Under the pieces are notes generated by a model. It searched no databases and was not told where the DNA came from. It saw only the letters and a program-made list of their open reading frames with translations. A program made the position numbers and the translations under genes. 64,000 nt of DNA, from assembly GCF_006345805.1 (NCBI RefSeq), contig NC_043007.1, forward strand, positions 59,768,001 to 59,832,000, read 5' to 3'. Source of the stretch: Octopus sinensis (lineage: Eukaryota). Each line of letters starts with the position of its first letter. Position 1 is the first letter of the stretch. Of the stretch, positions 26,874 to 38,539 are shown piece after piece.

Positions 26874-26958
26874 AAGAGAGAGAGAGAGGAGGTAAAGAGA
26901 GAGGAAAAGACACAGAAAGAGAGATAAAGGGACACACACACACACACACACACACATA

Positions 26959-27636
26959 CAGGGTTATTCATAAAGAATGAACCGATTTCATTACGCAATA
27001 TTTTAATAAGGAAAATCAATAGAAAACTCCAGCTAAATCACAAGTATTTACTCACAATCAACTTTTATTTCCTGCCTTGTAAGTTTTCAATGTGGCCACC
27101 ACCTGCCGCACGGGCAAAATCAATGCGATGAAAGAATTCCTCCCAGACGCGTATCAGCATGATTTGCATAACTTCATTTTTCAACAAGATGGAGCCCCGC
27201 CCCATTGGCACCTGATGGTTCTAGCTTATTTAAATGAAAAAGTACCACAACGATGGATTCATCGGAAAGGGGCCCAAGACCTTGCTCTTTGTGCTTGGCT
27301 TGCGAGATCCCCAGACCTCACCGTGTGTGATTTTTTTCTTGTAGGGATATGTAAAGGATCGAGTTTATGTTCCGTCGCTACCCACTAACCTCGATGACCT
27401 TAAACATCGAATAAGAACAGCCATCAACTCAGTGGATCGTGATATACTGAAACGCGTCTGGGAAGAATTCTCTCATTGCAGGCCGTGCTGCAGGTGGTGG
27501 CCAATTTGAACACGCATAAGACAGGAAATAACAGCTGAGTGTGAGTAAATATTTGTGACTTAGTTGGAGTTTCCTACTGCTTTTCCTTATTAAGATATTG
27601 CGTCTTGAAATCGGTTCATTCCTTTTGAATAACCCT

Positions 27637-27637
<1 letters not shown>
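26959..27637 (+). mobile_element. Non-autonomous Tc1/mariner (rosa/DD41D-like) element with ~210 bp inverted arms and TA TSD
   Basis: TA|cagggttattca...tgaataaccctc|TA. Internal FQQDGAPPH...RWI...RSPDLTVCDFFL, then after a frameshift GYVKDRVY. Confidence 0.85.
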
Positions 27638-27667
<30 letters not shown>

Positions 27668-27691
27668 ATTATATATATATATATATATATA

Positions 27692-28094
27692 TTAATGATT
27701 GAGACGCAATTATTTATAATTGTAGAGTCCTACGCTGAGGAGGAAAATAGTTGGGTAAGACATAATTATTTAATTTTTATGCTTTCCTATGGCTTAATTC
27801 CGAAACGTACGTCCGTAGGTGACGTAATGTAGAATGATTATCGTCATTTCTTTCTCTTTTGGCTGCGTTGCTTGCCTTTTAAGTGCTGTGGTTTTACTGG
27901 GATCTCCCTTTTAAGTAGAAAGAATAGCCAAAACTCTTTTGACTGCTATTTCTAAATTCGGTGTGTGGTGAGGCAAATCGTTGCTGAACCCTTAATTACT
28001 TAGTATTACTTAAACCTTCCTTGAATGGGGCTTTTACATCCCGAAATCTCCTTGGTGAAATTAATGATTATTCCAAATTAATTAATTTCACCCT
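27692..28094 (+). mobile_element. Solo HHR-bearing pLTR/retrozyme-like repeat in (TA)n, same family as 1-697
   Basis: Colinear with ~290-678 (gatctccctttt..ctttgactgctatttctaaattcgg..ttccaaattaattaatttcaccct), with (TA)n on both sides. Confidence 0.8.
27729..27819 (+). ncRNA. Type I hammerhead ribozyme with extended stem II
   Basis: cctacg-CUGAGGA-ggaa...ttcc-GAAA-cgtac-GUC-cgtagg, predicted cut after C27813. Compensatory changes relative to 304-403. Confidence 0.85.
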
Positions 28095-28238
28095 ATATAT
28101 ATATATATATATATATACATTGTTGTATTTCGGAATGGTCATTTTGACAGTTTAGCCAATAAAAACACATGTACTATATATTTGGTGTTACTTTGCATCA
28201 GTGTTATTTATTTATTAGATTAATCTTAATCTTATTTC

Positions 28239-28283
28239 GGCCATAGTTCTTTCGTCACACTCCTGTGACCGCATCAGTGGTCC
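28239..28283 (-). ncRNA. Variant hammerhead motif (CUGAUGCG core) in a ~240 bp repeat (28118-28358) flanked by (TA)n
   Basis: Minus strand: ggacca-CUGAUGC-g-gtcaca(ggag)tgtgac-GAAA-gaa-CUA-tggcc. Confidence 0.55.
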
Positions 28284-28350
28284 TTTGCTTTCTTCTTTCT
28301 TATTTGTGTGTCTCTCCTTACTAATAATAATATAATAATAGTAATCTTGC

Positions 28351-28388
<38 letters not shown>

Positions 28389-28475
28389 TATTAGAGACAA
28401 AACCACTATTTTGCAAAACAAACAAGGAAAGACTTAATCAATACATAAAATTTTAATAAATAGTCAAAAAAACCG

Positions 28476-28518
28476 CCACTACAATCGTTTCTTGTCTTGA
28501 TCGACAATCTTCAGGTGG
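28476..28518 (-). ncRNA. Type I hammerhead ribozyme, left arm
   Basis: Exact reverse complement of 34130-34172. Confidence 0.85.
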
Positions 28519-29898
28519 ACTTCCAATCTAAAAAATCAAAATTTTAAAATATAAAAATAATAATTTTAAATAATTAAAGTATAAATGAAAAAATATAAGT
28601 ATATAATCCATATATAACCTATATATAATCCATATCGAAAATATAGACAAATTACTACGAATTCCCTAAAAAAAAACCATGATAAAACAAAACTCTTAAA
28701 AACATATAACGATAAAATCTCCCTTTGCTAAACTCTAAAAAAACCTATATAGTAATCCCCCTAACCTAACATTCACACACAAAAATACACACACGTAAAC
28801 CACAGACCCACGACTTATACACATACCTATACTAACTTATAAACCTCAATATACACCAAAACCCACTCCCTCCCCACACAGACAAATTAACACATACATC
28901 CCAAAACCTAAATAACAAACCCATATACACATTCACACACAAACACACACACACACGCAAAACACGCACACACAACAGATACATATACTCCCTCACATAT
29001 ACGCATATACATACTCACTAAACTCGACATATACAACAATACTTACACACCCACAAAAATCATTAAATACATTTATGAGCTTTAACTCACCTTAGCAGCT
29101 CTAACAAACAACTTGCAGTAACCCAATCCCATTCTCTATGCCTACCTCACTACTACACTATTCCATTCACAATTCCAAGCAACGCTAGTCCACCACCCGG
29201 TTATTCACGTGGCAAAACGAACACCACTCAAAAATTATGAATGAACAATGTAAAAAAAACCAACATCGAAAATAGACAAATTACCACGAATTACCTAAAA
29301 AAAAACCATGGTAAACCAAAACTCATAAAAGCATATAACGATAAAATCTCCCTTGCTAAACCCTATAACAAACTTATATAGCAATCCCCCTAACCTAAAC
29401 ATTCACACACAATACACACACGTAAACCACAGACCCAAGACTTATACACAAACCTATACTAACTTATAAACCTCAAAATACACCAAAACCCACTCCCTCC
29501 CACACAGACAAATTAACACATACATCCCAAAACCTAAATAACAAACCCAAATACACATTCCACACACAAACACACACACACGCAAAACACACACACACAA
29601 TATACATATACTCCCTCACATATACGCATATACATACTCACTAAACTCGATATATACAACAATATTTACACACCCACACTCATACAGATAAATAAATTAA
29701 TTATACAACTAAAAACTCACAACCAATCTCATATACATAAACACTCCTATGAAAACAACATTAAATACTTCGTAATTAACCAGAATATCAAAAATAACAA
29801 TATGACATAAGGATAAATCAAATACATACTTACAATTCAGTTACAAATTATGAAGTGAAATTAAATTCTTAGCCGTTAAAAAACCAAACAAAAATTAC

Positions 29899-31223
29899 GT
29901 TACCATAGAAATAACTTATTTAAAAAAAGAATACGCGCCATAGAAAGTAAACGTCATTCAAAATATGAATGGAGAAATATAATAAATGGAACTAAAAACT
30001 ATATCCACGTAGCAAACCAACGCTACTTAAAAAAATTTATTATGAATGGATTCTTTAAAAACTACCATGAAAATCATTATACATTTATGAGCTTTAGCTC
30101 ACCCTAGCAGCTCTAACAAACAACTTACAGTAACCATAACTATTCTCGATGCATACCTCACTACCACACTAATCCATTCACAATTCCAAGCAACGCTAGT
30201 CCACCACCCGGTTACAATTCCCAACTCCACCCATTCATTCACAATTTAAACGACAATAATAATTTTAATTTTGTTAGGTTTAGTGGTAAAAATAATAGAT
30301 ATTATAAAAAAAATAATAAAAATGATAAAAATATAAATAAGAATAATATAAATAAAAATAAATTTAATAATTATTATAATAATTATATTGATAAATTTAA
30401 TAATATTAATAATTCCTTAAATGCTGTACATAGATATAATTCTGATAATAATTTTAATAAAATAAAGAATTATAAATATATTTATAATAATGATAATAAT
30501 AATAAGGTTAATAAGAATAAAATTTGGTTAATAGTTCCTTATGGAGATCAAGTAAAAACGAATATTATTAAAGAGATTTTAGATGTTATAGAACTATTTA
30601 TTAGAGATAATCGTAAATATAGAAACATTTTCTCTTTTAATAATTTTGGAGTTGGTTACTCTACCACTAATAATGTTGGTAACATTCTTTTTTCTTTTAA
30701 TAAATATAAACTGAATAATTTTTATAAAGAAATTATTTGATAATAATATTAATAATGATAAGACTTATATTAATTGTACATGTAGAGATAAATCTAATTG
30801 TATATTAAATAATAATTGTGATATTAACGATGTAGTGTATAAATGTATAGTTACATTACATGATAATAACTTTAAGAATAATAATTACAAAAGCGGTTTA
30901 TATAGGTTCTACTTCCTCAAAATAAAACTAAGAATCGCACAACATATGAATTCTTTTAAAAATAAAAACTTAATCAACTCAACCGGACTTAGTAAGTATA
31001 TTTGGAGTCTTAAATCACTAAATATTAATTATAGTTTAATATGGGAAATAATTTGTAAAACTAAATCATATAATATAGGAGCTAATGTTGTTATTTATGC
31101 TCTAATGAGTTTAAAGAAATTTTATTTTATAAGTATGATAATTTACTTAATACTGGTGAAGAGCGCAAAATAAAATGCAGACACAAGTTACTTTACCTAT
31201 ATAATAAGTTTCATGATAAATAG
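29899..31223 (+). pseudogene. Frameshifted PLE C-terminal ORF: possible RT-thumb remnant, Asn-rich linker, GIY-YIG endonuclease
   Basis: Stop-free frame 30117-30737 with KIWLIVPYGDQVKTNIIKEIL..YRNIFS..VGYSTTNNV, then NCTCRDKSNC..VVYKCIV..VYIGST..KLRIAQHMNSF..TGLSKYIWSLK..WEII..CYLCSNE..LLN..KCRH. TAG at 31221-31223. Several 1-nt frameshifts are needed. Confidence 0.85.
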
Positions 31224-34129
31224 CAATAATAGTTCCCTTTTAGGTTACTTTAGTTAGTTTAAATTAGTTTAGATAATATATTTTTGGTTATGTTGTCTAG
31301 GCTTTAATTATAGTTAGTCTTTATTGATATTTCTTTGTTTTAATTAGTTCATTTTTAATGTATATTAATTTAACAGTTTATGGTACGTTAAAACTTTAAT
31401 AATTTATATTAGATTTTTTTATTTTTTTATTTTTATTTTTATTTTATTTTATTATGTATTTTTATTTTGCATTTGTTATATGTATTGGAGGATATATTTA
31501 TAAGTTTTTGGGTGTTATTTAGTGGTGTTTTTATTGAGTTTTGTATGTATGTGTGAATGTTTAAGATCCCTTTGTTTTTTGTTTTTTATTTGGTATGTTG
31601 AATTGACAGATTTTATTTGGGTATTGTCTTTTATAATAAAGTACACGCACCCATAACAAATATAAGTGCCCACTTCATTCGTTGTACTTGGGATTGCATG
31701 TGAGCCTCAGCATATGCACCTAACGGCCACTCCCGCCCCACATGGATAAATAAACACATACATCCCCAAAAATGGGAGTAATCCCATTCACACCAATTAT
31801 ATGTATACAATTATACACACTAGAATAATACATAACTAACCCAAATATACAGAACATACTAATAATCACCAACTAACCACCATCACAAATGAAACCCACA
31901 CCCATACAATGACAAAACTCCCCCCCATACCCTATTTACCCCACATAGTAATCCAATATATTCATCCATACATGGACGCAAGTGCGTGAAGCACATGCAC
32001 ATAATTAGTACGTACAACCCCTAATACACACTAATATATACGTATCAAGCTCGACCTCCACAGCGATACGTTTACACCCACTCACACCCAGATGGGTGAA
32101 TTGCACAACCAGTGAAGGCTCACACACACGGGCGCGATTACATTGTTGCATATATCGAGCCAAAATAGTATGCATATGTACATGTGAGGGGTACACGCAA
32201 ATGAAGTGAGCGTGTACCCCCTGCATTTATACCCGTGCGTGAATATACACATGGAGACTACCACACAGGTACAAATTGTTTAGAAATGGGAGCCCCATCA
32301 CTACACTTAATGTATACTCTCACCCATCCGCACGGATGTGTAAGTGTATCTCCGGTGTATATGTTGAGGCTTATATGTAGCGTTGGAAGGGAACGTCGTT
32401 TAATTGTGAATGAATGGGTGGAGTTGGGAATTGTAACCGGGTGGTGGACTAGCGTTGCTTGGAATTGTGAATGGATTAGTGTGGTAGTGAGGTATGCATC
32501 GAGAATAGTTATGGGTTACTGTAAGTTGTGTTGTTAGAGCTGCTAGGGTGAGCTAAAGCTCATAAATGTATATAATGATTTTCATGGTAGTTTTTAAAGA
32601 ATCCATTCATAATAATTTTTTTAAGTAGCGTTGGTTTGCTACGTGGATATAGTTTTTAGTTCCATTTATTATATTTCTCCATTCATATTTTGAATGACGT
32701 TTACTTTCTATGGCGCGTATTCTTTTTTTAAATAAGTTATTTCTATGGTAACGTAATTTTTGTTTGGTTTTTTAACGGCTAAGAATTAATTTCACTTCAT
32801 AATTGTGTAACTGAATTGTAAGTATGTATTTGATTTATCCTATGTCATATTGTTATTTTTGATATTCTGGTTAATTACGAAGTATTTAATGTTGTTTCAT
32901 AGGAGTGTTTATGTATATGAGATTGGTTGTGAGTTTTTATTGTATAATTAATTATTTATCTGTATGAGTGTGGGTGTGTAAGTATTGTTGTATATATCGA
33001 GTTTAGTGAGTATGTATATGCGTATATGTGAGGGAGTATATGTATCTGTTGGTGTGTGTGTTTTGCGTGTGTGTGTGTTTGTGTGTGAATGTGTATTTGG
33101 GTTTGTTATTTAGGTTTTGGGATGTATGTGTTATTTGTCTGTGTGGGAGGGAGTGGGTTTTGGTGTATTTTGAGGTTTATAAGTTAGTATAGGTTTGTGT
33201 ATAAGTCTTGGGTCTGTGGTTTACGTGTGTGTATTTGTGTGTGAATGTTTAGGTTAGGGGGATTGCTATATAAGTTTGTTATAGGGTTTAGCAAAGGGAG
33301 ATTTTATCGTTATATGCTTTTATGAGTTTTGGTTTATCATGGTTTTTTTTAGGTAATTCGTGGTAATTTGTCTATTTTCGATGTTGGTTATTTTTTTACA
33401 TTGTTTCATTCAAATTTTTGAGTGGTGTTCGTTTTGCCACGTGAATAACCGGGTGGTGGACTAGCGTTGCTTGGAATGTGAATGGAATAGTGTAGTAGTG
33501 AGGTAGGCATAGAGAATGGGATTGGGTTACTGCAAGTTGTTTGTTAGAGCTGCTAAGGTGAGTTAAAGCTCATAAATGTATTTAATGATTTTTGTGGGTG
33601 TGTAAGTATTGTTGTATATGTCGAGTTTAGTGAGTATGTATATGCGTATATGTGAGGGAGTATATGTATCTGTTGTGTGTGCGTGTTTTGCGTGTGTGTG
33701 TGTGTTTGTGTGTGAATGTGTATATGGGTTTGTTATTTAGGTTTTGGGATGTATGTGTTAATTTGTCTGTGTGGGAGGGAGTGGGTTTTGGTGTATATTG
33801 AGGTTTATAAGTTAGTATAGGTATGTGTATAAGTCGTGGGTCTGTGGTTTACGTGTGTGTATTTGTGTGTGTGAATGTTTAGGTTAGGGGGATTACTATA
33901 TAGGTTTGTTTTAGAGTTTAGCAAAGGGAGATTTTATCGTTATATGTTTTTAAGAGTTTTGTTTTATCATGGTTTTTTTTAGGGAATTCGTAGTAATTTG
34001 TCTATATTTTCGATATGGATTATATATAGGTTATATATGGATTATATACTTATATTTTTTCATTTATACTTTAATTATTTAAAATTATTATTTTTATATT
34101 TTAAAATTTTGATTTTTTAGATTGGAAGT

Positions 34130-34172
34130 CCACCTGAAGATTGTCGATCAAGACAAGAAACGATTGTAGTGG
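34130..34172 (+). ncRNA. Type I hammerhead ribozyme, right arm
   Basis: ccac-CUGAAGA-ttgtc(gatcaa)gacaa-GAAA-cgatt-GUA-gtgg, predicted cut after A34168. Stem III ACGAUUGU is self-complementary with G-U pairs. Confidence 0.85.
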
Positions 34173-34489
34173 CGGTTTTTTTGACTATTTATTAAAATTT
34201 TATGTATTGATTAAGTCTTTCCTTGTTTGTTTTGCAAAATAGTGGTTTTGTCTCTAATAATATTTTATAATATTTTACTATAAAATTGGATTTAATCCTA
34301 AATCTGATTTTTTTCCCTGTAAATTTGGATTTATTCCCTAATATTTATTATTATATATACATATAGATATGTTGGGGCAAACATGAAAAATAGAACTCGA
34401 AATATGAGTATATGTATATTTTATTAAAATTTAGCACAAGCAACAGAGTGATTAAGGTCCGAGAGTTTGGTGCGTGGTCACTTATTAAA

Positions 34490-34640
34490 CTTTCAGCAAA
34501 CATCGTCCATTTTACATTCCCGTTCACGTTTCCTCTACCTTAACACCCTACTCCATCATTTTCCCTTCTTCTTTCTACCTCTCTACCTCCCCTCCCTCCC
34601 CCTCTCTCACTCTATTTATGTATGTATGTATGTATGTATG

Positions 34641-34692
<52 letters not shown>

Positions 34693-34794
34693 CAGCTAGC
34701 TGGCTAGCTTTCTCGGTCTACTTGTCTGCCAACTCACGAAACTCTTGGATTTTGAGTCACTCTATTACTTCTGCCAAATATTAATTTCTCTCTC

Positions 34795-34844
<50 letters not shown>

Positions 34845-34891
34845 ATTATATATATATATTATATATATAATATATATATATATATATTATA

Positions 34892-34949
<58 letters not shown>

Positions 34950-35082
34950 TATATATATATATATATATGCGCACATGCACGGACACAGAATAAATAAACG
35001 CACGCACATATACATCCACACGTCTGACTGTGTATGTTTATGTTGAAAAGTAAGTAAACAGACAGAAAGACAAGCAGACAGT

Positions 35083-35113
<31 letters not shown>

Positions 35114-35235
35114 GAGAGAGAAAGGAGGGAGAGAGAGAAAGGAGGGGAGAGAAAAAGAAAGACAAATGACAGAGTAGGGTGTTGAGGTTGAGGGAACGTG
35201 TACGGGAATGCAAAATGGTCGATGTCAAGTGAAAG
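34490..35235. repeat. Degenerate foldback/MITE-like palindrome enclosing mirrored microsatellites
   Basis: 34490-34553 pairs imperfectly with 35172-35235. (CT)-rich and (TATC)n on the left are mirrored by (GATA)n and (GA)-rich on the right, around central (TA)n. Confidence 0.7.
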
Positions 35236-35579
35236 AATGTCAAGGTGAAAGTGTTAAAACGATGAAATATGGCATCAGTTGTGAAGCCTTGTCAACGTGG
35301 CGGAAATTTCTATGGAAGATGTTTGCGTGTCATTCATTGATATTCGCACCATTTCTATGAATATTCTCACCTTTATATTGAACCTAGAACTCCAGTTTTT
35401 CTTAGAGAAACTACTGTACTGCTATATTGAAAAGCCTATTTGTCTTTGATGGCAGGCCTTCCAGTCGTGACTTACCCGCATTTGTGGAGATTAGTGAGTG
35501 AAATTGTTCATTGCATCCTTCTTCATTTCAGACGATTGGGGGCGATTGAAAAGAGAATAGTCCGTTATATCATATATCT

Positions 35580-35804
35580 TTTGCCGTTTACTTGTTCCAA
35601 TTATTGGACTGTAACCATGTCGGGGCAGTATTTTGAAGGGTTCTAGCCAAGTAAATCGATTATTTTACCTATTCTATCGGTCACTTTCCCGAATCACTAA
35701 ATTAAGGGGACGTAAGCAAACCAACACCGATTGTCGAGTGATGGTCAAGGACAAGCACAAAGACGCACGCACGCACGCACACACACACCACACACACACA
35801 CACA

Positions 35805-35837
<33 letters not shown>

Positions 35838-35840
35838 CAA

Positions 35841-35881
<41 letters not shown>

Positions 35882-36030
35882 ATTTGGTTCTTTGAGTTTC
35901 TGTCTACTAAATCCACTTATATGGCTTTGGTCGACTCAAGGTTATAGTAGAAGACACTTGCCCATGGTACCACGCAGTGGTACTAAGCTCGGAACCATAA
36001 GATTAGGAAACAAACCACACAGCCTTACAG
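35580..36030 (-). mobile_element. SINE family C with internal (CA)n
   Basis: tatagtagaagacacttgccc..ccacgcagtgg head and tttacttgttcca tail. Confidence 0.75.
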
Positions 36031-36354
36031 TTGCACCAATAACCACGCCTACAGTGATTATCAATCTTCTATTCACAATCAACCCAAGAAGGTGCCAAAA
36101 ACCATGAGATTTTAAACATTGTTTATTTTATCTATTTTTATTTTTACTGCTAGTGCCTCCTCTGCTCCTCACCTTTTTTCTTTGTTCGATATCACCGAGA
36201 ATGTTTGGAGTTACCTTGAAACGAAAAACCTGCTGTGAATGCTTGCGACATTGTAAAAACTAAAATATAGTACAGCCAACCACCATCCGCAAACGAGTAT
36301 GGTGTATCATTCTTTTGCTAATTGCTTTTGGTGCGTATGTAGTCTCGAGCGAAG

Positions 36355-36675
36355 TCGCGTGGTTCAGTGGTTAGGGTATTCGGCTCGCGATCGTAAGGTC
36401 GTGAATTCAATTCCTAGCGACGCGTTTTGTCCTTGAGCAAGACACTTTATTTCACATTCCCCCAGTCCACTCAGCTGGCAAAAATAAGTAACACCTGTAA
36501 TTCAAAGGGTCAGCCTTGTTACATTCTGTGTCACACTAAATCTCCATGAGAAGTACGTTAAGGGCACACGTGTCTGTCGAGTGCTCAGCGACTTGCACGT
36601 TAATTTCACGAGCAAGCTGTTCCGATGATCGGATCAACTGGAACCCTTGTCGTCGTAACCGATGGCGTGCCAGTC
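36355..36675 (+). mobile_element. Near full-length SINE family B
   Basis: tggttcagtggttag A box, gaattcaattcc B box, gtccttgagcaagacacttt core. Flanked by a repeated agtctcgagc. Confidence 0.85.
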
Positions 36676-38508
36676 TCGAGCAGACATAGACACACTCTCG
36701 ACCCTAGTTCACTTGATTCAGTGGAATATTCAGGATATAACAGCTGAAGGGTGAAGGGCCGGGGACTACACCAGCATTAAGCTCATACCGTTTACAGCTG
36801 GGTAGAAAGTATTTTCCCTTAAGCCATATTCTACGTATACATTCAATGGGAAGTTCCTTGGCTGTCACCCGCGAGCGTGTACAACTTGGTAACATGTTTT
36901 CGGAATTTGCGAGGAGACATAGACAGTCTCTCAAGTTCTTTATTCTTGATCCAGTGGCATATCCAGGATGTGACAGCTGGTGGGAGAGAGGGATACAGCA
37001 GCAGAAGAATGGTACACACTTCCAACCTAGTAGACTGAGGCAGCATGAAATGAAGTGTCTTGCTGAAGGTTAGAACACCCATAAAATTGAACCCACTATC
37101 ATACGATTAATAACTGAACACCCTAACCACCAGTCCACACACCGTCATTACAACAGGATAAACTGTACTAATGAAACCCAAGGACCACATGGTGGCATTA
37201 AACCCGAGAACTCAAAAGTGTCGAGGGCCGAAACTAATATTATAACATCTGTAACAAATCCTTTAATTCACCGCTCTAAACTGGGGATGAAATTTGTGAT
37301 AGAGATCTATGCATAAATTGCGACAGAAATGTATGCATAAATCGCATGTAGCTGCACGGAAAAGCACATGTAGCAGTGTGGCGCATTTAAGACACTCAAG
37401 TTCCCTAAATATTTTGGACACACCTCAAAACCTCGCATCACACCTACAAATCATATACATTACAGACATATGCAGCAGCACAGCAGTTGAAAACGACTGG
37501 TCTAGAAGGCTGAGGTTTCTTCGTTAGCTCGGTCTGAAAGATTAAGGATGGGATGGTTACGATTGGAATGCTGTTGATTATAGGTATGCTTAAGCAGGAT
37601 TGACCAAGAGTTAAATTACAACTATAAAACAAGAGATTCATTCAAACCCATAAAAGGAAGACTAAGGCGTTTGGCCTTTCTTGGAGGTATTTACACTTGT
37701 AAGGAGATCCGAATGGGCCACAAACGAAATGTTGAATCAAGGAAAATGAAAGAAATGGGCTTAGGCAAGTCTCTTCACTGTAGCATCTATTAGTACCACT
37801 ATCGGGTGGTTGCTGCACCTACAAGAAATAGCAGCCATATCACCCACAACTAAACTCACATCGACTTCAAAAATTGAAGGAAACATTAAATGATATAATT
37901 TTAGATAGCTCCAAACTTATGGGATGATCACGGCTAGAATGACTTTGACCATAAGTCCACCACAGCGACCATCACTACTACTATCATCGTCTTCATAACA
38001 ATCATGATCATCGTTGCCCGTTTCATTATCCATGGTCCAATTGTTAGGATGTTGAATAGTGTTCATTATAAAGCTGCGGGTTCGACTCCTGGAACAAGCA
38101 GCCCTTGAGCAAGGCACTTCATCTCACGTCGCTCCATTCTGCTTATCTGAAAATAAGTATTAGCAACAGCTTGAGGTTAACCTCGCGACGAACTGGCATC
38201 TCATCCAGGTGAAGAGGGAGCGTCTTGTACTTGCAGTTGCTGAATATCACAGAAACTGATGTAAGGCCTGGCTTAATGGGCCTGCTGGCTCACGTCAGAG
38301 AGCTTTTTAAACTACCACAGCTACCTGCACATTCAGCATTCTATCACTGCAACCACCAGTATCACACAAAAAAGCCACCTTCACCTTGTAGTCTTCGATA
38401 GATGATGTCAGTCTAATACTCGATCTAGAATATGTCTAAGCGAAAGACCGTTGGTCAAAGATGAAATGTCGTTAAATAAAATTTTTATTATAAGAAAACT
38501 GAAACACC

Positions 38509-38539
<31 letters not shown>

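Larger units (their letters stand above)
28379..34352 (+). mobile_element. Palindromic RT-less Penelope-like element (Naiad-like GIY-YIG) with ~1.87 kb inverted arms and terminal hammerheads
   Basis: 28379-30254 is the reverse complement of 32395-34269. An ~85 nt unique tail follows on the right, with (TA)n flanks, a central endonuclease ORF and an HHR in each arm. Confidence 0.85.

Noticed and set aside
28560-30254. A/C-skewed sequence resembling a mitochondrial insertion (NUMT)
   Set aside because: No mitochondrial gene, tRNA or rRNA recognisable. Explained as the arm of the HHR/GIY-YIG element.
30738-30740. In-frame TGA as selenocysteine (reported in some Naiad PLEs)
   Set aside because: It is followed immediately by TAA and is not at a conserved Cys. 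The protein continues in another frame.
36355-36430. tRNA genes at A/B-box-containing sites
   Set aside because: No complete cloverleaf, and each continues into a SINE body.
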